Origin: an uncultured Pseudomonadota bacterium
GTDB taxonomy: Bacteria; Oederibacteriota; Muellerivitia; Muellerivitales; Muellerivitaceae
DNA: 64,000 nucleotides
NCBI GenBank assembly: GCA_963770835.1
Contig: CAVYRH010000011.1
Span: forward strand, 192,001-256,000
Direction: 5' to 3'
Under the pieces are notes generated by a model that ran no database searches, was not told where the DNA came from, and was given only the letters and a program-made list of their open reading frames with translations. Shown in pieces: positions 1 to 9,748 of the stretch (positions within the stretch are counted from its first letter, which is position 1; the number at the start of each line of letters is the position of its first letter). The translations under genes and the position numbers were made by a program.

Positions 1-615
1 TGACTTTCTTTGAGTACGGCCATAAAGATTCATCATCGCCGCTGCCAAAAGATGCGGAAGATGACTGGTAAGTGCTACGCCCTTATCGTGCGTCTTGGCA
101 TCGATGATGACTGGAACGGCTCCGACCTTTTTCCAAAATTGGACGGCCCTTTGAAGCAGTGAACGGGGATTTTTCGTTAACGGCGTGATGAAAACATATT
201 TAGCTCGGTAAAGGAGAGGATCCGCGTTGGCTGGCCCCGATTTTTCTTTGCCCGCCATGGGATGGCATGGAACAAAATGATTTGAGATTTCCGGAATATG
301 TTGGGCCTCTTTGACCAATTCTCCTTTCACGCTCGAAACATCAAGAATCAGCGTATTTTTATGAATCAGTGGAATCAGTTGTCTCAAAACCGGGCCAATG
401 GAACCCGAATGAGAACAAAGAACGACAATATCGGCATTCTTTACGGTTTCTACAAAACTCCGACCTACGGATAAGAGGCGGGACGCTTTTTTCCTTGAGC
501 TGGCTCGATGGTTCCATCCCACCAAATCTTTTTCGTCGCCTTTCTTCAAAGCCAAGGCCAAGGAGCCGCCCAAAAGGCCCACCCCGATAATGGCAATTTT
601 TTGTTTGGCAGACAT
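1..615 (-). CDS. tyrA: Prephenate/arogenate dehydrogenase (5' part; runs off the window start)
   Basis: Not in the ORF track. Manual reverse translation from ATG at 615 gives MSAKQKIAIIGVGLLGGSLALAL (Rossmann motif), later DVSSVK, HPMAGKEKSG and HDKGVALTSHLPH. ATGA overlap with the hisC stop. Confidence 0.9.
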   Translation of the reverse strand, partial: MSAKQKIAIIGVGLLGGSLALALKKGDEKDLVGWNHRASSRKKASRLLSVGRSFVETVKNADIVVLCSHSGSIGPVLRQLIPLIHKNTLILDVSSVKGELVKEAQHIPEISNHFVPCHPMAGKEKSGPANADPLLYRAKYVFITPLTKNPRSLLQRAVQFWKKVGAVPVIIDAKTHDKGVALTSHLPHLLAAAMMNLYGRTQRKS

Positions 616-1715
616 CAGGGTTTCCTAACTCCCGTTGTCATTAGGACTTCCTCGAATGCCTTCAGGAAGTTCTCCGTTTCGTCCTCGGTGCCTGTGGTAA
701 TTCGCAGGGCGTTCGGCCCCATGGGGCGAACGATGATCCCCTTTTTCAAAAGTTGCTGGTAAAAATCATTGGCGTTGGGGATTTCAAAATAAACGAAATT
801 GGTTTGCGTGGGGACGGGATTTAACCCCAATCGGATTAGGCCGTCATAAAGTTTTTTCCGCATGGCGTTGTTCAAACTGACGACCTTTTTTACATGGGGC
901 AAATCGGTCAAGGCCGCTTCCGCAGCCACCATGGCTAAGCCGTTCACATTAAAAGGCTCACGGATTTTATTAAAAATTTCGATCAATTCCGGATGACCGA
1001 TGCCGTACCCAACCCTTAAACCTGCCAAACCGAAGGCTTTAGAAAAGGTCCGCAAAACCACGAAATTAGGATATTGGGAAAGGAGTTTTAAGGATTCGAA
1101 ATATGACGGATCATCGACATATTCGTAATAAGCCTCATCCAAAACTACCAACACGTGGGAAGGGCAGGATTTTAAGAAGGCTTCAATATCGGAAAGAGGA
1201 ATCATGGTCCCCGTGGGGTTATTGGGATTAGCGATATAAACCACTTTGGTTTTTGGATTGAGCGCTCGCTCAAAAACTTTTAAATCATGTGTGAAATTGC
1301 GAAGAGGCTGGGGCCGGGGGATGGCCTCGCATAACAAGGCAGTGGAGGAATATACGAAAAACCCGGGATCACCGTAAAGCACCTCGTCACCGGGATTCAG
1401 AAAGATTTGACCCAAACGAACAATCAATTCGTTCGAACCATGGCCCAAAAGAAGTTGGTTTGCTTCCACACCTAAATGTCGGGTCAAGGCTTGGCTTAAA
1501 TTGAATGCGCCCCCATCGGGGTAGCGGTGTATCTTGGAGAGGGCCTTTTCCAAGGCCTGGATCACCTTAGGAGAGGGTCCCAAGGGGTTCTCATTTGAGG
1601 CTAGCTTCGAGGCGTTGTGGATACCCAGTTCCCTTTCCAAATCTTCGATCGGTTTTCCAGGAACATAGGGCTTCACGGCTGACAGGTTTTTTCGAAACAC
1701 CACAGGAAAAGTCAT
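615..1715 (-). CDS. hisC: Histidinol-phosphate/aromatic aminotransferase
   Basis: KLASNENP, NPNNPTG, DEAY and RTFSKAFGLAGLRVG motifs. Start trimmed to MTFPVV (ATG 1715). Confidence 0.93.
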   Translation of the reverse strand: MTFPVVFRKNLSAVKPYVPGKPIEDLERELGIHNASKLASNENPLGPSPKVIQALEKALSKIHRYPDGGAFNLSQALTRHLGVEANQLLLGHGSNELIVRLGQIFLNPGDEVLYGDPGFFVYSSTALLCEAIPRPQPLRNFTHDLKVFERALNPKTKVVYIANPNNPTGTMIPLSDIEAFLKSCPSHVLVVLDEAYYEYVDDPSYFESLKLLSQYPNFVVLRTFSKAFGLAGLRVGYGIGHPELIEIFNKIREPFNVNGLAMVAAEAALTDLPHVKKVVSLNNAMRKKLYDGLIRLGLNPVPTQTNFVYFEIPNANDFYQQLLKKGIIVRPMGPNALRITTGTEDETENFLKAFEEVLMTTGVRKP

Positions 1716-1747
1716 CTCATAACCTCGAATTGCGGCTGAAAGTGGTT

Positions 1748-2830
1748 TTAGTTCTCGCTGCGGGGATAGGATCCCAGTATCTTGACGGTCAGGGCGGATT
1801 TCTCGATTTCTTTGATGGCGGCCTGGGCCTTGGGATCGGTAATGTGTCCTAAGAAATCCATGAAAAAATAATAGTCCCAAGCTTTCTTGCGGGAGGGACG
1901 GGATTCAATACTGGTAAGGCTAAGGCCTTGTTTCTCAAAAGGATAAAGGAGAGCAAAGAGGGCCCCCACCTTATCTTTAATCGAAACCATCACGGATGTT
2001 TTGTCGTTTCCGGATTTTTCAGAGGTCGTCCGCCCGATAACGAGAAATCGTGTGTAATTGTCCTGCATATCCTCGATGCGTCTGGCAATGGGCCTTAAGT
2101 GATACATTTTGGCTGCCAAATCGGGCGCAATGGCTGCTGCTTTCCCATCTCCCGCAGTCTGTTGGGCCGCCCGGGCCGTGCTAGGGCTTTCGACGATTCG
2201 AACTCCCGGAAGGTTGGCCTCCAACCAAACCCGGCATTGACCCAAGGCCTGGGGATGGCTGTAAACCGTCTTGACCTTTCCCATTTCACCGCTTTTGGAC
2301 ATGAGGGTATGAGAAATGGGCATGAGGACCTCCGAACAAATCTTCAGGTCCGATTCCACAAATAAATCTAAGGTGTGGTTCACCATTCCCTCGGTAGAAT
2401 TCTCTATGGGGACAACCCCATAGTGGGCCCTGCCACGTTCAACGTCCAAGAAAACGTCCTTCAATGTGGGTCCTGGTACATAAGCGGAAGAACTGCCGAA
2501 TTTTTGAAGTGCCGCAATATGGGTATTGGTGCCGGGCAATCCGAAATAAGCGATTTTCAGCCTCGATTCCAAGGCTAGTGAAGCCGACATTATTTCGCTG
2601 AATACGGCCTTTAATGCATCGGTCGGAAAGGGGCCTTGGTTGATTTTACTAATCCGGCGGTAAACTTCCATTTCCCGGTGGGGAGCGTAAAAGTGGAGAT
2701 CGCCTTTGGCTTTCACTGTCTTTATTTTTAAGACGTTTTTGGCACGCTCGTTTAAGAGACGAACCAATTGGGCGTCGATACGGTCAATGGCGTTGCGGAA
2801 TTTTTTGAGGCTTTTTTGGCTGGTTTTCAC
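1748..2830 (-). CDS. pheA: Chorismate mutase/prephenate dehydratase (P-protein)
   Basis: N-terminal CM domain (RNAIDRID..LLNERA), PIENSTEG, SHPQALGQC, NYTRF and ACT-domain IESRP. Confidence 0.96.
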   Translation of the reverse strand: MKTSQKSLKKFRNAIDRIDAQLVRLLNERAKNVLKIKTVKAKGDLHFYAPHREMEVYRRISKINQGPFPTDALKAVFSEIMSASLALESRLKIAYFGLPGTNTHIAALQKFGSSSAYVPGPTLKDVFLDVERGRAHYGVVPIENSTEGMVNHTLDLFVESDLKICSEVLMPISHTLMSKSGEMGKVKTVYSHPQALGQCRVWLEANLPGVRIVESPSTARAAQQTAGDGKAAAIAPDLAAKMYHLRPIARRIEDMQDNYTRFLVIGRTTSEKSGNDKTSVMVSIKDKVGALFALLYPFEKQGLSLTSIESRPSRKKAWDYYFFMDFLGHITDPKAQAAIKEIEKSALTVKILGSYPRSEN

Positions 2831-2910
2831 ACTCGAAACCTTGTTAAAAATCTATAAAATGCTGGGCGGAACTGGATTATATTACATTTTTTGTTTCACA
2901 AGGAAAGTTT

Positions 2911-3786
2911 ATGAAACCACTAACTTTTTTCCCTCTTCGGAACCCATTCCTTTTGGTTCTATTGTCGTTTATAGCCTTCATTGCAAGTTTTTGTATTGCT
3001 TATCAACAAGACGCAGCTCGTGTTACAGAACTGGGAAAACTCGCTTGGGCTCATCTTTCCTACGCTGAAGAATTGAAAGATGATATGGCGGTCATCGACT
3101 GGTCCAAAAACCTTGAGAAGATGGACACCATGAGGGCCTTTCAAGCAACCGTAAACTCAAAAGGCATCGCCAAAGGTGGAAACCAGGATTATCTTCCAGC
3201 AACGGTGTCCGAAGGTGTTTCATACCTTTTTCCCTCGGATTGGAGCTTTTGCGTTATTTCCCCAAAGGGCCTACAATCTCAAGTGGAACTGACCATGATC
3301 TTCAAGACTTGGCCCGGCCCCTTCTTTTGGGGTCTTTTTACATTTTTTGCATGCTTGATCTGTGGTTGCGTTTGGGGTCTTTCGGTTTTTTCGGTTCGGG
3401 CTGGGCCTCCTAAAATGAAAACAGTCCTAATGGAGACAAGCGGTCCTCCCATTGCACCGCCTCCATCTGCCCAGCCCATGGCAAAACCAATAGGAACCGC
3501 GCTCGAAAAAAACACTTCCTATCTTTTCATCGATAGAAACTATGTCATTCGACAGGTATCTCCCGAAGCGGCGGGATTACTGAAAAAAAAAACCGAGGAT
3601 CTCTTAAACGGCCATCTTTTTGACCTGTCCCCTGATCCAGTTTTGATACAGGCTTTTGAAAAAACAGGAGAAGCCAAAATTTCAACCCCTTTTCCCGACC
3701 ATCCTGATTTGGACGCTACTTTAAAATCCGATCCGAATGGATGTCTTTTGATTTTAGAAAGCAACCTTGGGCGTAAACCCCTCTGA
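2911..3786 (+). CDS. Membrane protein: 2 TM, extracytoplasmic loop, Pro-rich linker, C-terminal PAS-like domain
   Basis: Two hydrophobic segments; the C-terminal YLFIDRNYVIRQVSPEAAGLLKKKTEDLLNGHLFDL resembles a PAS N-terminal half. Confidence 0.6.
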   Translation: MKPLTFFPLRNPFLLVLLSFIAFIASFCIAYQQDAARVTELGKLAWAHLSYAEELKDDMAVIDWSKNLEKMDTMRAFQATVNSKGIAKGGNQDYLPATVSEGVSYLFPSDWSFCVISPKGLQSQVELTMIFKTWPGPFFWGLFTFFACLICGCVWGLSVFSVRAGPPKMKTVLMETSGPPIAPPPSAQPMAKPIGTALEKNTSYLFIDRNYVIRQVSPEAAGLLKKKTEDLLNGHLFDLSPDPVLIQAFEKTGEAKISTPFPDHPDLDATLKSDPNGCLLILESNLGRKPL

Positions 3787-3800
3787 AAACGTTGATTTTG

Positions 3801-3829
3801 TTGACTTTTCAACGCAAAAACCATAAACT
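3801..3829 (+). promoter_or_regulatory. sigma70-like promoter
   Basis: TTGACT-17 nt-TAAACT, about 110 nt upstream of the TolB-like gene pair. Confidence 0.55.
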
Positions 3830-3938
3830 GCCAACAATTCAGCTGTGGCGGTTAGCTTTCAGCTCAAGCCTTTCTTATCGTTAGCCAACATGTGACAACT
3901 AACGGCCGATACCTGACAATTGCCTTCCGGGGACCCGA

Positions 3939-5243
3939 TTGCGCGAAACCTTAAAAAGCCTTTCCATCTTCTCCGCGATGTTGTTACTTTTGCTCCTTGT
4001 TTCATCGGGATGCGACGTTAACATCCCGGGGTGCGGCAAACGCACCCTTCCCTTTTTCAAACCCGCCAACCCTCCTGTGGTCTCCTCCGGCCCTGTTTCT
4101 ACCACCATTTCACCCGGTACCGCCCTTACCCCGTCTCCGGCCGCTACACCCAAGAATCCAATTCCAGGCGCTGCCCAACCCGCAGTGAAAAAGCCCGGCT
4201 CGATGGAAGTGCCCGTTGAAATGAGCGTGAGTAAAGCTAACCCAACCGCAACAGGAACGCCTACAGCTACCCCAACTCCCCAGGAAGTCGAAAAAATCGC
4301 TTATACCACGGCGGAACATGAGAAGCCCACCCTTTGGACAATGAGTACGGACGGAACCAATCGGACTCGGTTGACACCCGTCGGTACCAGCAGTTGGTTC
4401 CCTCTTTGGTCGCCTAATGGAAAACTACTGGCCTTCCTTTCAGACATGAAGGATGGGAAGATGAACCTGTTCATGATTGAAAAAGACGGGACGGGCCTTA
4501 AACAATTGACCTCTTTCGACGACGTGGCTCTTCCCAAACCGTCCCATCTCAAACCGCCTTTTTCCTGGTCTCCCAAGAGCGACGAAATCGCTTTTTGTTA
4601 CCATAACCAGGTTTGGAAAGTGAATGTTGAAACCCAGGAGCTTCAAACCTTGTCTACCGAGGATCCCAATTACACGGTTTCCGCGTTAGAATGGGCCCCC
4701 CACTTTGACAACAAGTACGTGGCGTTCATTGTAAATCAAGGCGAAAACTACACAACCCTCATGTTGGTCAACCCTCGTTTAAAGGACACATTAAAATTAG
4801 CCGCAACGCAAAACCCCATTTTGGATATTTCGTGGACCTCCGATGCCCGGGACGTTGCCTATTTGATCGGTCAAAAGTCATTATTTTCCGCCTCCTCTCA
4901 AACTTCATTGCCTAAAATGATTCTTAAAAACCCTTCTCCAGAATTAGGCCCCCTCGTGGTCTATTCCCCTTCCGATACTAATTTGATGCTCTTAGCCAAA
5001 GAGTTCGCCACGGACCAGGATTACCGAGTTGCGTTGCTCGATAAGGGTTCGAAGGGTGATCCAGATACGGGCAGTTTGAAATACTTGACGGAACCGGGGG
5101 TTGATGACGCAATTTGGTCGCCAGACGGCTCCAAAATCGCTTATCTTCAATCAGGCGACTTATGGGTCATGGATATTACGGGTTCCAATAAACGTCGGAT
5201 CGCCCTGATTGGCGTTCAATCACCTAGCTGGTCCAAAAAGTGA
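3939..5243 (+). CDS. TolB-like PD40 beta-propeller lipoprotein with Pro/Thr-rich linker
   Basis: Lipobox VSSGC; repeated P.WSP(D/N)G..(L/I)AF/Y motifs. Confidence 0.8.
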   Translation: MRETLKSLSIFSAMLLLLLLVSSGCDVNIPGCGKRTLPFFKPANPPVVSSGPVSTTISPGTALTPSPAATPKNPIPGAAQPAVKKPGSMEVPVEMSVSKANPTATGTPTATPTPQEVEKIAYTTAEHEKPTLWTMSTDGTNRTRLTPVGTSSWFPLWSPNGKLLAFLSDMKDGKMNLFMIEKDGTGLKQLTSFDDVALPKPSHLKPPFSWSPKSDEIAFCYHNQVWKVNVETQELQTLSTEDPNYTVSALEWAPHFDNKYVAFIVNQGENYTTLMLVNPRLKDTLKLAATQNPILDISWTSDARDVAYLIGQKSLFSASSQTSLPKMILKNPSPELGPLVVYSPSDTNLMLLAKEFATDQDYRVALLDKGSKGDPDTGSLKYLTEPGVDDAIWSPDGSKIAYLQSGDLWVMDITGSNKRRIALIGVQSPSWSKK

Positions 5244-5250
5244 GCCGGAT

Positions 5251-6312
5251 ATGAACCAAACTTTCCAATTTATTCGGTGGGCCGCTTGTGTGGTTGTTTT
5301 GTTGGTTTCGGTCTCCCTTGTATCCATGGGCTGTAAGCCACAAAAACACGAACTTCCTCCACCCCCACCCACCCCAACGCCGATTATCCCGCCGGGCAGC
5401 GTTGTTTTCGTCCAAAGAGGGCATTTAGTCCGGTTGGATTTGGATTCCTCCCAGACCACTCCTTTGACCAGCGGAAAAAGCACCGAATGGTTCCCCAATT
5501 GTTCCCCCAAAGGCGACCAAGTGGCCTATTGGTCAAACGCCGAAGAAGGGATTTACAATCTTTGGAAAGTTAACCTGGACGGTTCTAACCGTGTCCAATT
5601 GACCTTTGATGAGGCCAATGCGATAGGATCAGGCGATCAAAACCTTCTCATAAACAATTCGCCGGCTTGGAGCTCGGACGGCAAAAAAATCATCTACAGT
5701 GAAGAGGGTGATATTTGGGCCACGGACGCCGACGGCTTCAATCCCGAAACCCTTCTCTCCGGACAAAAAGCCTTGTGTCCGTCCTATTCCCCCGACGGAA
5801 AATCCATTCTTTATATTTCCATGGGGACTGATTCCGTTTTTAATCTTTGGACCATGAGCTTGTCGGATCGGACACCGAAAAAACTGACCAATTATTCCGA
5901 TTGGAATGTCGGCTCGCCTTCTTTTTCAGTCGATGGAAGAAAGATAATCTTTAATCTTTTCAAGGAAAACGAAACCCAGATTTATACAGTTGCGGCCGAT
6001 GGAACCAATCCACTGGATATTACGCACAACAACCGCAGCCTCTGCCCGCGATTCGCCCAAAACGACCGGAAAATCTTGTTCTGCTCTTACGGCACGGGCG
6101 AGGATGTCGGCCTGACCCTTTATGTCGCCAACGCCAACAGCACCGATGCCAAAGCCTTGCCGCCTGATAATGCCGCGTCCCCCTCCTGGGCGCCCGCCCC
6201 AGTGGTGGCCGTTACCGCCTCTACTCCGGCTGCGACCCAACCTTCTTCCCAAGTCGCGGTTCCCACCCGTCCGGTCTCACAGGTGGGCCTTCCCACCCCA
6301 GTCGGAAAATAG
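5251..6312 (+). CDS. TolB-like PD40 beta-propeller lipoprotein
   Basis: Lipobox SMGC, poly-Pro linker, SPKGD/WSSDGKKI/YSPDGKSI repeats. Start trimmed to ATG 5251. Confidence 0.8.
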   Translation: MNQTFQFIRWAACVVVLLVSVSLVSMGCKPQKHELPPPPPTPTPIIPPGSVVFVQRGHLVRLDLDSSQTTPLTSGKSTEWFPNCSPKGDQVAYWSNAEEGIYNLWKVNLDGSNRVQLTFDEANAIGSGDQNLLINNSPAWSSDGKKIIYSEEGDIWATDADGFNPETLLSGQKALCPSYSPDGKSILYISMGTDSVFNLWTMSLSDRTPKKLTNYSDWNVGSPSFSVDGRKIIFNLFKENETQIYTVAADGTNPLDITHNNRSLCPRFAQNDRKILFCSYGTGEDVGLTLYVANANSTDAKALPPDNAASPSWAPAPVVAVTASTPAATQPSSQVAVPTRPVSQVGLPTPVGK

Positions 6313-6346
6313 TTTCAAACGACCCTCGCAACGGCCAAATAAGACG

Positions 6347-7657
6347 TTAAATTCCTTTCAGGAGTTCGGGATATAACGGGAACTTATTTGTCATCTCCCC
6401 GATCTCACCCTTGACGCTCTGACGGATCGCCGCGTCCTCCGGTGCCGAAATAACCTCGTTAATCCATTTGGCAACCTGTTTAAATTCCGCTTCCTTAAAA
6501 CCTCGGGTGGTCAAGGCAGGAGAGCCCAAGCGAAGCCCGCTGGTCAATAAGGGAGACTCCGTATCCCAAGGTACGGGATTCTTGTTGGTGGTGATATTGG
6601 CCTCATCGAGAGCCTCTTGGGCATGCTTCCCATTGATTTTCTTGTTCCGAAGGTCGATCAACATCAAGTGATTATCGGTTCCGCCTGAAATCACCTGGAA
6701 CCCATAGCCAATCAGCGCCTCGCAGAGGGTCTTGGCGTTCAACTTGATCTGCTTCGCATAATCCTTAAAAGTCGGCTTGAGGATCTCGCCGAAGGCCACG
6801 GCTTTTGCTCCCACCACGTGCATCAGAGGCCCACCTTGGATACCCGGGACAATCTGGCTGTCCAATAGTTCTCCCATCTTCCGGATCCGGCCGCTTTTGG
6901 CTGCGGTGATGCCAAAGGGATTTTCGAAATCCTTGCCCATCAGGATCATTCCCCCTCGGGGGCCCCGCAAGGTCTTGTGGGTGGTTGTGGTCACCACGTG
7001 ACAGTGTTGCATCGGATTGTTCATTTCTCCCGCGGCGATGAGTCCAGCCGTATGTGCGATATCGGCCCACAGAAAAGCCCCCACCGCATCGGCAATTTTA
7101 CGAAAAGCCGCGTAATCCCAGTCTCGGGAGTAAGCTGAGGCTCCAATACTGATCATCTTGGGCTTGTGCTTTAAGGCAAGGTCCCTGGCCTGGTCCAGGT
7201 CTACCCGGCCGTCTTCTTTGCGGGTCTGATAGGCAAAAAAATTGTACATTTTACCGGAAAAATTCACCTTGGCGCCGTGGGTCAGGTGGCCGCCGTGGGA
7301 CAAATCCAGCCCCAGGATCGTGTCACCTGGTTTTACGAAGGTGAAGTAGACGGCCATATTTGCTTGGCTTCCCGAATGGGGCTGGACGTTGACGTATTCG
7401 GCGTTGGAGAATATCTTGGCGGCCCGCTCCCGAGCTAGGTTCTCCACCACGTCCACGTATTCGCAACCCCCGTAATACCGGTTGCCGGGGTATCCTTCCG
7501 CGTACTTGTTGGTCATGACGCCGCCCTGGGCCGCCATGACGGCTAGACTGGTAAAGTTTTCAGAAGCGATGAGCTCCAGTTTCTCGTTCTGACGTTTGAG
7601 TTCGTTTTTATTCGCTTCCCACACTTGGGGATCGGTTTGTTTTAAAAAATCCATCAT
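6347..7657 (-). CDS. glyA: Serine hydroxymethyltransferase
   Basis: [34 protein letters not shown]. Confidence 0.98.
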   Translation of the reverse strand: MMDFLKQTDPQVWEANKNELKRQNEKLELIASENFTSLAVMAAQGGVMTNKYAEGYPGNRYYGGCEYVDVVENLARERAAKIFSNAEYVNVQPHSGSQANMAVYFTFVKPGDTILGLDLSHGGHLTHGAKVNFSGKMYNFFAYQTRKEDGRVDLDQARDLALKHKPKMISIGASAYSRDWDYAAFRKIADAVGAFLWADIAHTAGLIAAGEMNNPMQHCHVVTTTTHKTLRGPRGGMILMGKDFENPFGITAAKSGRIRKMGELLDSQIVPGIQGGPLMHVVGAKAVAFGEILKPTFKDYAKQIKLNAKTLCEALIGYGFQVISGGTDNHLMLIDLRNKKINGKHAQEALDEANITTNKNPVPWDTESPLLTSGLRLGSPALTTRGFKEAEFKQVAKWINEVISAPEDAAIRQSVKGEIGEMTNKFPLYPELLKGI

Positions 7658-7675
7658 TGAGAGATCTCCTTCGAT

Positions 7676-8014
7676 TTAAGGATTGACTGTCGCTTCCAAA
7701 TAAACCCGCATGCCCGTTTTCAACCCCAAACGCCGGGCCATATTCCAGGGTAGTTCCAAGCAGTGCCGGCTACCGCGAGGTCCCAGGAAAACGCGCCAGG
7801 ACCCAGCTGATGGAAAGATTCTCAGTATTTTTAAGTTTTTGTCCAGGAAAAGAATATCGGGTTTCAAGAAAGTGAAGAAGGTGTGAACCGATGTACACTG
7901 GGGAAAGTAAATCCCCCGGTGGGAGGCCGGCCATTGGTTGCGGCCCATGAGCCCTTTTAGTCGGATAAAGAAGCGGTCGGCAATCAGGATTCCCTTAAGC
8001 TTAGGGGAACTCAC
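7676..8014 (-). CDS. DUF192 family protein
   Basis: ADRFF.RLKGLMGR, SVHTFF, DILFLD and LELP motifs. Confidence 0.85.
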   Translation of the reverse strand: MSSPKLKGILIADRFFIRLKGLMGRNQWPASHRGIYFPQCTSVHTFFTFLKPDILFLDKNLKILRIFPSAGSWRVFLGPRGSRHCLELPWNMARRLGLKTGMRVYLEATVNP

Positions 8015-8880
8015 GGCTGGAGGAACTGCAGAATAATGGGGCCGAAGATAATCAGGAAAGTCACGGGCATGATAAAAAGAACCAGGGGAATGAGCATCTT
8101 GACCGGCATTTCCTGGACGGCCTTCTCCGCCCTCTGGGTATGTTTGTCACGCAGGGTCAGGGACAATTGCCGCAAAGTCTTGGCAATACCGGTGCCGAAC
8201 TTCTCAGCCTGGATAAGGCTGGTGGTGAATAAGGAAAAATCAGTTAAATCCAACCGGACGCTCACGGTTTCCAACGCACTTTTGCGGCTGGAACCGCTTC
8301 GGGTTTGCTCCAAAATCCCTCCCAATTCATCCCGCAAGGGACCCCCTTTTGCATTTTTCAAGTATTGATCCAGGGCCTGTTCCAGTGAAAGGCCCGCTTC
8401 GGAACAAAGGGAAAGAATTTCCAACGCGTTTGGAAGTTCCCGGAGAATCCGTTTTTCGCGGCGCAGGACCTTGTCCCTCAGCCAAATCACCGGCAAACCA
8501 GCCCCGATAAGGAAAGCCATAACCGCGAGAAAGGCGCTTTCGGAAAGGAGGCCGAACACCAATGCTCCCCCAAACGAGGCTAATAACTGGTAACCCAGTA
8601 CATGGATAGGTTTTATATCGTCACGGCCCATCCGTTGAAGCTGGCGCGAAAGATAACGGAAATATTTTTCTAATAAGGCGGACTGCTGCAATAAACGGAT
8701 ATTGTCCTCCAATAATGACAAAAAGCTCTGGAATGGCAGGGGCTTTCTCGACTGGGCCACCAGGCTTTTAAGCCGCACGTCCTGCTGGTGCCTGGAAAAG
8801 CGGACAAGAAGGTTAAATGCGACATTCCGGACAAACCAACCCACGAAAAAGCAGGAAAGTGCCAAAAGAGCGTATGTCAT
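8011..8880 (-). CDS. tadC: Tad pilus inner-membrane platform protein TadC (T2SSF domain)
   Basis: RELPNALEILSLCSEAGLSLEQAL, QAEKFGTGIAKTLR, RAEKAVQEMPVKMLIPLVLFIMP. Confidence 0.85.
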   Translation of the reverse strand: MTYALLALSCFFVGWFVRNVAFNLLVRFSRHQQDVRLKSLVAQSRKPLPFQSFLSLLEDNIRLLQQSALLEKYFRYLSRQLQRMGRDDIKPIHVLGYQLLASFGGALVFGLLSESAFLAVMAFLIGAGLPVIWLRDKVLRREKRILRELPNALEILSLCSEAGLSLEQALDQYLKNAKGGPLRDELGGILEQTRSGSSRKSALETVSVRLDLTDFSLFTTSLIQAEKFGTGIAKTLRQLSLTLRDKHTQRAEKAVQEMPVKMLIPLVLFIMPVTFLIIFGPIILQFLQP

Positions 8881-8881
8881 T

Positions 8882-9748
8882 TTAAATCTCCAGTTGGAGC
8901 AATTGACGGATCCAAAGGAAACCAATGGCTTCCAAAACAGCCGCCATCAACAAGATGGCCCAACCCACTTTCTCAGTAAACAGGGGTGTTATAAGATTCG
9001 GATCCATTAAAAAGAAAACAAAAGCCAGGAGAAACGGCATGAGCCCCATCATGGTTCCCGAAAGTCGGGCTTGGGCTGTCATTGCCTCCATTTTCCTTAA
9101 AAGACGGTTTTTATCCTCCAACCCTTCCAACAAAACCTCTAAGAGGTGGGTCAAATTGGCGCCGGTTTGCCTGGAGATCTTGTAGGACTCGAGGAATTGG
9201 TGGAACTCAGCGAAGTCGGGAAATCTTTCGGCCATTTTGGAAAGGGACATTTCTGCCGAGTTCCCCAAATCCATCTCCGCACAGACTTGGTTCAATTCCT
9301 CTTTGAGGGGTGAAGGGCATTCGCGGGAAAGGTATTCCAGGACTTGTGGCACGGTTTGGCCGGTTTTAAGCGCTTGAACGGCCATTCCGAGGGTTTGGGG
9401 AAAAACTTCATTCATTTTTTCCTGGCGTTTCTTTATTTCATACTTTTTCTTTATTCCCGGGCCTTTTTGGAACCCATACCAGCTAATGATAATCAAAAGT
9501 ACCAGGAGAAATCCCGAAAAGAAATCACTGAAAATCATCACCAAAAGGGCGATAAAAAGTCCGCTCATCAATAAAAGTTGGGCCCTGTCTAATTTTTTCC
9601 CGGTTTTCAAGGTCGTCAGGGGAGGTGTTTTGATTGAAATGCTTGGGAAACGGTCCATCCAAAAGCGGGTCAAAATCCCGCTGAAAAGACCCACGGATAG
9701 CGCGGCCGATCCCAGTCCCCAAAAAAGCTTGAGAGCCGATAGGGTCAT
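8882..9748 (-). CDS. tadB: Tad pilus inner-membrane platform protein TadB (T2SSF domain)
   Basis: ALKTGQTVPQ, PSPLKEEL, ISRQTGANL, AMTAQARLSG. Confidence 0.85.
   Translation of the reverse strand: MTLSALKLFWGLGSAALSVGLFSGILTRFWMDRFPSISIKTPPLTTLKTGKKLDRAQLLLMSGLFIALLVMIFSDFFSGFLLVLLIIISWYGFQKGPGIKKKYEIKKRQEKMNEVFPQTLGMAVQALKTGQTVPQVLEYLSRECPSPLKEELNQVCAEMDLGNSAEMSLSKMAERFPDFAEFHQFLESYKISRQTGANLTHLLEVLLEGLEDKNRLLRKMEAMTAQARLSGTMMGLMPFLLAFVFFLMDPNLITPLFTEKVGWAILLMAAVLEAIGFLWIRQLLQLEI

Noticed and set aside
3835..3938. Riboswitch in the TolB-like gene leader
   Set aside because: Only a short CGTTAG/CTAACG pairing; no known consensus or terminator.
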